Of a stretch of 64,000 bases of DNA, positions 14,301 through 26,100 are shown piece by piece. This stretch comes from Klebsormidium nitens. Lineage: Eukaryota > Plantae > Klebsormidiophyceae. Position numbers and translations under genes: made by a program. The notes beneath the pieces are model-generated. The model was given only the letters and a program-made list of their open reading frames with translations. It was not told where the DNA came from and did no database searches. The DNA lies in NCBI GenBank assembly GCA_000708835.1, contig DF237428.1:1-64000 (forward strand). Direction: 5' to 3'. Position 1 is the first letter of the stretch. Each line of letters starts with the position of its first letter.

Positions 14301-15869
14301 TGCAGGAACAGAGCGGGGGTTCTTCAGTGAAAGTGATGATCGATGCTGTTGGTGGGGGTTACTTCTTGTTTAGTCTGCTGATTCGCATCTTGGGCGAGAC
14401 ACAAAACGTGATGACACGAGTAATATTCAGGCCGAACAGGACCGCACATCATCAAAAAAACCATCTGAGGTGAACAAGATGGTGACCACAATTCTTTGAT
14501 TCTGCGAAAAGTCACAAACACTCTCTCTCATAAGCCTCGCGCATCTGTCATAACTCTGCCGATGGCACCGATCGATCACTTATTTCAGACTGTCTCGCTT
14601 GCTATAAACACGGACGTCAGGTTGGCCAACCACTCATTCATCCAACCAGCTTCTCTATCAGCATCCGACAATTTCGCGCACTGACCTTGGGGCAGTGCCA
14701 GTTGGCATCCGCCTTTGGCTTTGGCACCACTGCAGGGGCGTTGGAAGGCAAGGGGTCGGAGGCGGTGTTCCGCAGGCCCACTGCAGCAATAGACTGGCGG
14801 GCCCATGACTGGATGCATAGGAGATGCATGATGGCATAGCAGCTGTCTTGGCAGTCCCATATGGGGTCCGTCGCTCGGATCTGCGGGTGTAGGAGAGCCA
14901 CTTGTCAGAACCTAGGCAATAGGAAATGGTCCATTATAGCAAGTTGGTCTTGTCAACTTGCTATAATGACTTATTGACATAATAAACAGCTGCGCAAAGG
15001 AGACGGTAGACAAACGAAAGGTGTTTGATTGTTAAAACCCCCCAAGTTTTTAGAAGGTGGTGAGGGCCAATATCTGAACGGAAGGACAAGCTCGAGGACC
15101 TCATGGAGTCTTGACGATCATAGTGCTCAACTGCTGAAGTTTTTCAATGATTATGTCTCATATAACTGTAAGTAAAGCAGCAGCGCCCTAATAATTGAAC
15201 GCACAAAGCAGGAAGGTCGCAAACAACTCTGAACGTTCTGGAATTTCAGGGTATGAAGGGGGTTTGTGGGGCTTTGTTCTGGCCTTGTTTAGCATTGCTT
15301 TTTGCAGTGCCCCTTGCTGAGCCAATCAGTTTCTTTGCCTTTCATAGTTTAGATTGTCTCTTCATCTCTCGAAAACATGAACACCGAATTCTTGAAAATC
15401 CTAATGAAACCAAAAGAATACGGCATGGCCGTATGATCGAAATACGATCACCCACCTTCTCCAAACAGATTAGACATCGAGCGGCGCCACTCTGCGCGCT
15501 GATCAAATGGTCCCGGATCTTCTCGATCCCAGCGTCCCCATCCGCCCCTTTCCCCAGCTCATAATCGCCAAAGATCGATGCCTCGAGCCTGCTGATATCA
15601 GGTCTCTCCTCATTGTTGTCCTCCTCATCACTGCTGCTGATGTCACCAAAGCGGCTGTTGATGTTATTCGTCTGAAAGGACGTTGGGGGCTTAGGAGAAA
15701 GCTTTGCCTCTGCCGGGCTGCTGGCGGAGGTCTGAGAAGACGCCAAATTTTGCTTCGTCGATTGGGCGGGCTTCCGGCCCCAGGGGTTGACACTCGCTGG
15801 CGCGAAGGTGCGCGCCTCGGCTCCCTGGTTGGAGGAGCTCCCGGCTCCGTGCCCTCCCGAAGGCTCCAT
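8369..15869 (-). CDS. NFXL1: NF-X1-type zinc finger protein (NFXL1 / plant NFXL2-like) with RING, repeated NF-X1 fingers and a C-terminal transmembrane helix
   Basis: Exons 15869-15456, 14880-14686, 14299-13982, 13455-13257, 12670-12468, 12206-11970, 10935-10757, 10285-9502, ~9144-8869 and 8554-8369 join in frame. [28 protein letters not shown]; many CGxHxCxxxCHxGxCPPC repeats; terminal hydrophobic [18 protein letters not shown]. An upstream in-frame ATG lies at 15923. Confidence 0.92.
11095..11160 (-). repeat. Intronic partial copy of the acceptor and head of NFXL exon 10935-10757
   Basis: GTCCCCTGCGGAACGGAGGGCCAAGTGA vs GTCCCCTGCGGAACGGAGAGCCAAGTGA; acceptor cctag is ccatg in the copy; upstream intron also similar; offset 194 bp. 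Confidence 0.85.
11767..11885 (-). repeat. Intronic partial copy of the tail and donor of NFXL exon 12206-11970
   Basis: [24 protein letters not shown] then a 1-nt deletion and ATCACG|GTGAG; offset 198 bp. Confidence 0.9.
13177..13256 (-). repeat. 41-bp intronic tandem duplication starting at a donor site
   Basis: tatggagtttcggttgctcttttgcccaagta(a/t)attggtt twice, directly after CAG|GT of NFXL exon 13455-13257. Confidence 0.9.
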
Positions 15870-17129
15870 GGTTTGACGCCCCCTTCCTCTCTTCAGCCAG
15901 TGCCAGCCAGGCAAAAGCTTCAAAGCTTGAGCTGCTTGAGCTGCAGGAACTTGACGAAGCAGCCAATGCTGACAACTAGGTATGTGCCAGTCTGAGAGAG
16001 TCTGCGCTCAGTGAGTGATAACGGTAAGGATGATGGATGGCGACAACGGTCTTGCGCGTTCCGCGCGTTCTGTTGAGCCAGCACCTGCAGCACTAGTTCG
16101 CTCCCGGAGTCCACTTTTGCTGCGATGCTGTGATGCGCGCGCGGTGATAATCACATCATCACCGATTAGGAGCGCGAGCTCGATGATTTGTGCGCGCGTT
16201 TCCGAGGGCTTCTGGACTATTAGAAGCCCGTTTCCTCGACTCAGCTTGTAAATAGGGAATAGGTAGATCCTTGTCGACTTGCGAGGTGTCGAGTGGGTGC
16301 AGCCTCAAATATAAATACTCAATAGTGAACACGCTCCTTCGTCTACTCAGATTAGCTATCGGTAGCATCCTACACTGAGCTAGAAGAGTATGCTTGACCA
16401 AGTGGGCTGCGCTGAAATAAAAAACTCTTTTTTTAAACATCCGATTTTCCTTTTTCAAGAAAACAGCGCTCCTAATTCTTTTGTTTTTCCTTTTGAGGCC
16501 AAATGGCATGATGCATTGCCGCCTTTGAGGTATATGACGCACAAGAAGGTCGACATCTTTGATCAGGATGATTACTGGCCACTAAGAAAGCAATCTTCAT
16601 GCAACGAACAGGATGCCGAAGTTTGTCTTAGGCGCAGGTTAGAGACCCTGAATTCCAGTCGTCTAGGTTCTAATCAGAGGCCGAACTGATGGGAACAACT
16701 CATGTCGAGCTGCCTCGCCCCAGGGGCTGGCGAGGAATGCTGGGCTGTATCGATCTGTAGTGCCGTTTCAGGCGCCATGAGTGGCCCAGAAGACTCTTAT
16801 GATTAAGCACCACCAGTCAGGTTACAGCAAGGAGACTTGCAAATGATTTCAAAACTTGGTAGAAAAGGCTGCAAGCGGTCTTGAAGCTCACCAGACAACG
16901 TGGAGAAACGAGCCCTGTTGTCTACGGTTCAGGTCCTATACACGTTTACAGCTCCCCATTGAGCTCCGTCCTTTCAGGCACACTGGTTGACATTCATTTG
17001 TACGAACTTTTAGCGCAGGCTTTTGATCTGCGTCAGGGGGGCCAGCAGGACTCGCGATGCAGACTTAGGTCTACAAAGGTAAACAAGGTAAACAAATTAA
17101 CAAGGTAAACAGTCACAGCAGTCATAGCC

Positions 17130-20100
17130 ATGGCGGCACCGTCACTGTTCCTGCGCCACGTGTTCGGCCTCAAGGGCTCCATACGCGACAACATCCACTT
17201 CATCGAGGACGTGACGGTGGTCTACCCGGCCGGGCGCAACGTCGTTGTCTACAACATTGAGCAAAAGACGCAGCGCTTCATTTCCGGGTCCCCTGAGAGC
17301 GATGGCATCTCCGCAATCGCAGTTAGTGCTAACCGCAAGCTAATCGCGGTTGCGGAGAAGCCGCTCGGGGCACGCGGGGGCACGGCAGCTCGAAGCACTC
17401 CCGATGGGGGCCATCAGCTGGATAAGACTGCGACCGAGAAGAGCATCGGGTTTGCGGAGAGCTCAAAGGGAGGGATGACGTCAGCGGGGAGCTTTGTGGA
17501 TGGAGCAAAGGGGGCGGTAATTACACTGTACGACTCGACGACATTGAAGAAGAGGAAGGTGAGCGGGCAAGTCAGGCGTATAGGGGCAGCATTGCAATGA
17601 AGTACCTGTGGGGAGAGATGTGGGGCTGATATAGAAGTGTGAATGAAATGGAGAAATCGAGTGGGGTCATGTTGCTGACAAGAATTGGTGCTCGGTGCTT
17701 TCTTCTGCTCTAGAAGTGGCCAAATAAGCTTTCCCAGAGAGCTTCGTTGTGCTAAGCTTGGTAATGTGATACCAGTCACTCTAAAACTAACATCTGGTCG
17801 ACATTCAAAAGATGAAAGAGGAAGGGCGATGCGGATCTACACGTTTCATGGTTGAATAATTGCAAAATGCGTTTGCGCTGGCAGTGTCATTGCCTCTGTT
17901 AGCTGCATGCACTGTCCAAAGCTGTGCAAACAGATATTGGTTCACTAGAAGCTCGGAATGAAGACGTCCTTGTCTCCAAATTATCACCACTCAGGTTTGT
18001 TTAAACGCCTTTGCTTGAGATGCCCTTTGTAAAAGGCATTCCTCGGCTCGACTAGACTATACACACTTGAGTAACACATTTGGTCCGAATATATGCTTTT
18101 CCTCTGCCAATGTTTGAAGAGATTATGCCAAGTCGATGCAGTCTTAAGTTAAGCCTGAAGTAATCAAACAACCCTTCTCTTTGCACTTCCAATTTTCTAC
18201 AGACGCCCCACCAATCCAGTACACGAGCGTCACCTTCACTTCAAATTCTTCTCCTCTCGATGGTTTCTTACAGATGTGATTCATCCTGACAATACGCGTG
18301 CTTACTTTGTCCCCCAGCCATCTTAAACTGAAGACGAACCATGCTCATCGCAGACGCTTTCTCTTCCCGACATCCTTTCCGTCGAGCAAACCACATCGCT
18401 TGCAGTCCGATGGAGAACTCATCGCAGGATTATGAAATGTTTCTTCCGTGGTCTCTGAGGAGCGTGCTTCAAGCAAGAGGGGATATCGTTCTTTCTACGA
18501 ATCGAACGCATCATTCTCATTGCAGTCTCTTCCCGACATCCCTTCCGTCGAGTACACTGCCATCGCCTTCAGTTCCGATGGGAAGCTCATCACTCAGAAT
18601 GGAAGCTTCCCGCGGTGGGACCTAACATGCTTGCTTCAGGCGAACAGGAAATCGTCCTTTCTTGCGGAATAGAATCTAAACCAAAAAAACCATTCTCCCT
18701 GCAGACGTTGTCCCTTCCCGACATCCCTTCCGTCGAGTACACCAGCATCGCTTTCAGTTCCGATGGGAAGCTGATCGCGGCCCAGGGGGCGTGCCCCGNN
18801 NNNNNNNNNNNNNNNNNNNNNNNNNNNNNNNNNNNNNNNNNNNNNNNNNNNNNNNNNNNNNNNNNNNNNNNNNNNNNNNNNNNNNNNNNNNNNNNNNNNN
18901 NNNNNNNNNNNNNNNNNNNNNNNNNNNNNNNNNNNNNNNNNNNNNNNNNNNNNNNNNNNNNNNNNNNNNNNNNNNNNNNNNNNNNNNNNNNNNNNNNNNN
19001 NNNNNNNNNNNNNNNNNNNNNNNNNNNNNNNNNNNNNNNNNNNNNNNNNNNNNNNNNNNNNNNNNNNNNNNNNNNNNNNNNNNNNNNNNNNNNNNNNNNN
19101 NNNNNNNNNNNNNNNNNNNNNNNNNNNNNNNNNNNNNNNNNNNNNNNNNNNNNNNNNNNNNNNNNNNNNNNNNNNNNNNNNNNNNNNNNNNNNNNNNNNN
19201 NNNNNNNNNNNNNNNNNNNNNNNNNNNNNNNNNNNNNNNNNNNNNNNNNNNNNNNNNNNNNNNNNNNNNNNNNNNNNNNNNNNNNNNNNNNNNNNNNNNN
19301 NNNNNNNNNNNNNNNNNGGAAGCTGATCGCGGCCCAGGGGGCGTGCCCCGACTGCTGCCTCACGCTGTGGAGCTACGAGAAGGGCAAGTGCGTGGGGCAG
19401 GTCAAGAGCAGTGTCAGCTCAGCGGCCCAGGTCAACCAGGTAAGGTTTTGACACTCAGTTCTTGTCGTACCTGCTTCGAAACAATACCAACTTTAAGTTC
19501 GAGGAGCCGGTCAAGAGCACGTCAGCTCCACGGCTCACGTCAAACACGTTGGTATCAGCGCTTCTCGTGACACTCTCTGCCAGACTCCTGCGTGTTTGCC
19601 CGGCACGATGAAGGTGAGCCCACAAAGAGACTGCTTCGGTTCACAGTTCACCTTGATTTCGCACAGCTTTGCTCATCAACCAGCTCGCTCATTAACCAGC
19701 TCCTCATGTCATACAGACCAATCAGTGTGGTTTGTCCACCCCGTTTTCCGATAATACAGGTCCATCGGCGTCCTAGATCCCGTATGACAGAATCTCAGAA
19801 TGTTTACTGTTTTCAGTGGGCAACTTTCTTCGATTTGCCACACCCCAGTTTATATCTCAGCTATACCCCCCAAGATTGCTTTCTGCCTGCCACTCGTCTC
19901 CCTTCTAAAAGCAACCGGGGACCGCTATTTCTGCGGCAATATCGTTCTTCCCATTGACACTGCATTCGGGCAATCAAACACGCGACCATCCGCATAAACA
20001 AAACGTTCTGACTGCATAATATGTCCACTTCAGATTGTTTTCTGCCCCTCCGACCCTTCCGTTCTGGGCGCGGTCGGGAATGGCTTCCTGCCTCTCTACC

Positions 20101-23100
20101 GGGTAACAGGATTCGAATACCAAACATCTGGGTCACTAGACACCCCACTTTCCCACAAACTGTATATTCTGTCCACCTCAGATCGCTTTCTGCCCGTCGG
20201 ACCCCTCCCTTCTGAGCGCGGTCGGGAACGGCTTCCTACGGCTCTACCGGGTGACAAAACCTTTCTCATCAACTGAACTTTTGAACCGTCAACCACAACA
20301 TTTTCTAGTATACCAAGATTGTCAGACTGCATGCTTCTTCGTCCACCTCAGATTGCTTTTTGCCCCGCGGACCCTTCCCTCCTGAGCGCGGTCGGGGACG
20401 GCTTCCTGCGGCTCTACCGGGCCACAGAGGCAGCTTTGAAGCAGCTCCCGACCAGCCTTGGGAGACGAGAGCCGCAGCCGTACCCGTGCCACGCGTGGCT
20501 GGTGGACCTAGCGGAAAAGGCGGAGAAGGACCGCTGCGTGGTCGCGAGCGCGAGCGGGGAGGTGCTGCTCGTCGAAGGGGGGGAGGTGAGCATCGCATCT
20601 TCGCACTTTTGCAGACTCTCATCAGTTTTGGCTTCGGTTCTCCAGTCTTCGTAAGATTTGGCAGTGGGAAAATAGCATATAAAGAGGAGGACCGCTGCGT
20701 GGTGGCGAGCGCGAGCGGATAGGTGTTGCCCGTCGAGGGGGGAGGTAAAGGGTTGCTTTTATCTGTTGGGGGGAAAGGAGGGGGGTGGTGATTAGAAAAG
20801 GGATTTTGATCGCAAATCGGATGTCGTTGTTCAGTCGCACTCGTGCGCCGGCTGAACCGCTGAAACGCTCAGCCTCAACTTACGCTGATGTCACCCCGAG
20901 TCAGAATCTTGGAGTTGTCGCAAGAGCTGCGTGCTATTCGCTTTACACGTTCAACCGCCAAGTTTCGACATTCTCAAATGAAGATTTCATATTTTTGTAC
21001 CCCAGGTAAAAAGCGTGATTGCGCACGTGGGTTCCGAAGAAGGCGGCGGATTCTTCTCCGTGGCGGCGCATTCGAAGGGGTTCGTCTGCGGCGGGGAGGG
21101 GGGAACGCTGTCCATGTTCGAGAAAGAAGACAAGGACGTCTATAAGGTAAGCCAAAAGCCAAACCCCAAAGCCACAGCGAGTCAATGAATAACCATCCCA
21201 ACACTGCTAATTTTTAGATGAAGGCCGCTTATAAATACTGTGCCACATCCTTTCTTCAACGCCCTGCCGCGCAGACCTTCTGGCAATTTGGATATAGATC
21301 AAGCCTTTTTTCCAAGGTGGCCATCGTGGCTGAGAGTGGGGCAGGAACAGCTCAGTCGTTTCGGATCCCGCGTGCTTGCTACAATAGACCATCTGTCATC
21401 CATAGTCTCACTCCTAAAGACACGAAAGACACGTGTTGGCCTGGCTCTGTGGAACCATGCTTTTCACTTTACGAGCTCGGAATGAAATCCTCATTGTCAT
21501 CTCAGCTTCTAACCCTCTGTTTTGCCGCCGACAAATTTTGCCTTCTCTTCCACAGCGCGTTCGGACGGTCCGCATCGAGAGCAACGCGTCCGCGGTCCGC
21601 AGCCTGGCGCTGAGCCCCAACGAGGAGACGCTGGTGTGCGCGCTGGAGAACAACCAGATCTTCGTGCTCGCGCTCACTTCCACGGAGATGCTCAAGACGG
21701 AGGACATGAAGATCGACCTACTTTCGCAGGTGGGAGTGAAGGGTTTCATCGCTCTGTTAATGGTTCTTCATGCACTGAATCCTCTGACTTTTCTGTGATC
21801 TTTTGCGCTCGCCGGAGCATAGACAATCTTTTGTCCTCCCGCTCACGTCCGTGGAAATGCTCAAGACGGAGGACATGAAGATCGACCTCCTCTCGCAGGT
21901 GGGCGGAATCACAGTTTAGGTTTTCGAAGATTCATGATTTCTATCTGAAGAGTGTTGAAGGTTACTCAGTTGAGGATTTTGCTTCTGCCGCGGGCTCTCG
22001 TGCGGGAGTCAGGGATCCGTTGGCGGATCCGTGGATACCGTGAGATACCAACGCGTATGCGGAGGATTGCCGCCAAAGCTTTTTTCGCAGTTTCGGGCAC
22101 AGTTTCTGAACGAAAGGTAAGCATTATATTCTGATCAGACGCAGCGCTTCCCTTCCAAGAGGCAGGTTCGATCATTTCCCACCCAACGAAACGCCTTTCC
22201 AAGACCCTTTATTCAAACCTATAAGACTATTTGATGGAGGGCCCCAAAGCCTGTCCCCTCAAATCTCTGTCTCCAATTCCTCCCACAGTCGTTCCACTCG
22301 GAGGGCATCACCGGGCTGGACGTGTGCGCGCGCAAGCCGCTCGCGGTCACGTGCAGCACGGACAAGAGCGTCCGCGTGTGGAACTACCTGGACCGGACGT
22401 CCGACATCGTCAAGTTCTTCCCGGAGCAGGCGCTCTCCGTCGCCATCCACCCCGCGGGTGAGCGCCAAACATTTCAAGGGCTGGAGGCGTCAGGTGTCTC
22501 GTTTTTGAAGGCTACCCAAATCTGCAAATTCGGAGGATTTGAAGGACTTTTTGAAGCAAGCGCTCTCCGTCGTCATCCACGATGCGAGTGAGGGCACGAC
22601 GGACGTCCGAGTCGTTTGCGTTGCAGTTCTTAAAGATTTTTTACGACTTCGGAACCTTGAAATCTCAGACTGGACTTGAAGAGGAGTCTGCCAACAAGAC
22701 ACAAAGTGGTTCAACTGTGGAGGAAGGTCCATGATGCGTCCACGAAAGTGCCTCCAGATTGCCTCGGTTCCGTAAAGGGCGTCTTCTGGCCCCCGACTCT
22801 CGTGTCTAAGAAGGGGTTTCGGGAGCGACCGCCTCAGCTTCTAGCGCGGCCTAAAGGTCTAAGAACCTCCGTAGCAATCTGACCTGTCAACTCAGGAATC
22901 CAGGGACCCGGGTCTGGTCACTTCCAAGACTACTTCTTTTAGACTCCCTGTCATGACATATTGCTTCAATGGCGCTTGGAGCTTTCTGGAGTCTCTCAGT
23001 TCTCAATGTCAGACTCTCGCGTGCCGGGCACCCTGCAATCTACAGTTCTTTCCTTAGCCCCAGGTTTCCAGCTGCTGGCAAGCTTTGTGGACAAGCTGCC

Positions 23101-26100
23101 CCTGATCAATCTTCTAATGAACGACATTCGGCCGCCAAACGGAGCCCTGACTTTCTTTTTCAACTCGGTTCCAAACCAGTCCCTAATCCTCGGTTCGCAA
23201 TGTCAGGTTTCCAGCTTCTGGGGGTTTGCCGACAAGCTGCGTTTCATGAACCTCCTGATGGACGACATCCCACCTTCCGTCGAATCTCAAACTGAGATGC
23301 GCAGCAATCCTCCTGACAAACTTCTTGACTAGAATCGTAACACGTTCTCCTTAACCCCAGGTTTCCAGCTGCTCGTTGGCTTCGCCGACAAGCTGCGCCT
23401 GATGAACCTCCTCATGGACGACATCCGGCCGTTCAAGGAGATCAACATCAAGGCCTGCCGCGAGGTCTGCTTCAGCCACGGGGGACACCTCTTCGCGGCA
23501 GTCCACTCCAACACGGTCCAGATCTACTCAACTTATACGTGCGAGAACGTCGGAAACTTGAGGGGCCACAACGGAAAGGTAAACCGCAGAGGATTTTCTT
23601 AGTAATGCGATCTGTTTATTTATGATTTGGAGGCTTGCTCGAAGTCTGCTTCAGTCACGGGGGACACCTCTTCGCGGCTGTCCACTCAAACACGGTCCAA
23701 ATCTACTCCACATACACATGCGAGGATGTGGGAAACTTGAGGGGGCACAACGGAAAGGTGGGTGGATGCAATTCGAATTGATTGGTTTATAAAGTCCGTA
23801 TTGAGGATTCAAAAGCTTTCAGAAATGACACTGCGATCGGTGCGGTCGACGGCTAGCCACGCCCACTTAAAACGTTTACCAGCCATTCAATAGTTTATAA
23901 AGAGCAGAATGCGCCGTGTCTGACAATAAAAGAAATGATTCGCTCTCCAAATGAACGTCTCATACTGTGAATCTCAGCAAAATCGACTCAAAAGAAGATA
24001 AGAAATTGGTAAGAGAAAGGGGGACGCAGAGGCACACATTCTTTTGAGAAGGTGCGGCCAGCGCTTAGGAAACTTTTAAAAGGTGCGGCTAGGAATACCA
24101 CGAGTCGTAAAATTTCAGAATCCAGTTGAACCTCTAAACCCGTACTTTTGCGCGCGCAGTGCGCAGCATCTGGTGGTCGCCCGACGACGCGATGGCGGCA
24201 GATTCTGAGCGACCGAAAAGAGCATCTACTTGAATGCTCAGCCCTAACCCCCAGAAGTGCGCGCGCGCAGGTGCGCAGCATCTGGTGGTCGCCCGACGAC
24301 GCGATGGTAGTGACGGCCGGCATGGACGGCGCGGTGTACGAGTGGCAGCTGCGCGACTTTAAGCGCGAGCGCGAGAATGTGAATAAGGGCTGCGGCTACT
24401 CGTGCGTGGTCGGGGCCACCGACAGCAACTCGATCTTCGCGGTGGGGAGTGACCGGAAGCTGAAAGAACTGGACGACTCGCAGGTTATCAAGGTGGGTTT
24501 TCGAAGCCCACTTGTGTTGAAAATTGGGTTTCAAAGAATTATAATACTGAGGAGGATGTGGATAAGGGTTGCGGTGATGTGCCTTGATCAGAGACAACCG
24601 ACAGGAGCTCTAGTTCGCGGTGGGGAGCGACTGGAAGCTGAAAGAACTCGACGACTCGCAGGTTATCAAGGTGGGTGTTACGTTCACTTGGTGTTACCTT
24701 CTGACTTTCTAGTTCCTAAGAAGCAGTAGGAAACGGCTGCGGCTACTAATTGGTTTTGGAGACACGGATAGCTAGTCGATATATGCGGTGGGGAAGTGAT
24801 GGGAAGCTGAAAGAACTGGACGACTCACAAGTTATCAAGGTAGGTGGTATGGTTTCAGGGCGCTAACATTTGGTGACTGGACATTTGAGCTTTAAAAGGA
24901 AACGACAAAGGGCTGCGGCTGCGCGTCTTGATTGGAGCCGCCGATAGCCGGTCCATCTCTGCTGGTGCAGCGACCGGGAGCTGCTGAAAGAGCCTGATCA
25001 TGACGTCTCGACTTGCCATCAAGGTTGCAATCGGCATAGTGGTACTTGAAATGCCAGAATTCTTACCGTTGAGGCGCTTTCTCTTTCTGATTGATTGGAT
25101 GCCAACAACAGCAGCGGCTAGCTGCGCAAGAGAATCTTATTAGACCCGGAGGCTGCTTTAGCGCCACTTTCTTCGTTTTATGATCCCAACCGCGCTTGCT
25201 CTGAATTCGAGACGCAACTACACCTCTCGTGAGAAGAACCTACACCTTCCCCATATAAAGCGTTAAAGTTTGGTACTGATCGCCTGCGCTGAGCCAACTC
25301 TCCTTTGCAGGAGTTCGACGGCGGCGGAATCATTACGCAGATCGTCCTGCCGTCGTTCGGACGCTTACTGTTTGCGGCGATGGACACCGGTGCCGTCCGA
25401 GCGTACAAGTACCCCCTCACAGGTGGGTCAGAAACTGAACGGGTAAATTTAACCCATGGAGCTTTCAGCTGTGCGGAAGCAGATTCCGACTTTGACAAAT
25501 GGTTCCAACATGAAATGCTCGACCTATCAAGCAGCTGAACGTATACGAAACATGGGGCGTACATTCTCCTTATGCCAGGACGATCCCGCGCCCCTTTTCT
25601 TCAGACTCTGTCACAGATTCCCAACGAAGATTTATTTGTCTCTAGGTGTAGAGCATTCAACCCGCCATTCGATGTGCCGAGTCTCTTGGCGGCCGCAAAA
25701 GCATACGTCCGTCAAACAAAAGCATACGTCCGTCAATCCTTTCGCTTAATTGCCCAGTCCTGAAACCTGGTAAACCCCGCAGGCGAGTACTCGGAAATCC
25801 AATGCTGCGCGGGCGCGGTCGCGCGGCTGCGCGTGTCCGTGGACGACTCCATTCTGATGGGCGTCGGCGAGGACGGCGCCTTTTTCTTGCTGGACGTCAA
25901 GGACCGCGAGCGCGCGGTCGCGATCGGGTCGGGCGGGCGGCGCGAGCGCGAGGCGCTCCCCTGGGCGGAGGAGGTGCTCGTCACCAAGAGCGACCTCGAG
26001 GAGAAGCGCGCCAAGATGGCGGAGCTTGAGGCGCAGGTGCGCGCGCGCGCTCTTCGAGTTTTTCGTGCGGCTTGTTTCCAGTCCTTTTCCCCTGATTGTT

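Noticed and set aside
18590-19570. 257-278 aa ORFs in the track
   Set aside because: They are made mostly of X from the N gap.
23641-23757. CpG deamination as the cause of third-position bias
   Set aside because: Many changes are transversions (GCA/GCT, TCC/TCA, GTC/GTG, GGC/GGG) or make the echo more GC-rich.
18195-25030. CRISPR-like array or satellite
   Set aside because: The repeats are degenerate copies of local exon ends, differ at each locus and have no constant repeat-spacer structure; the DNA is eukaryotic.
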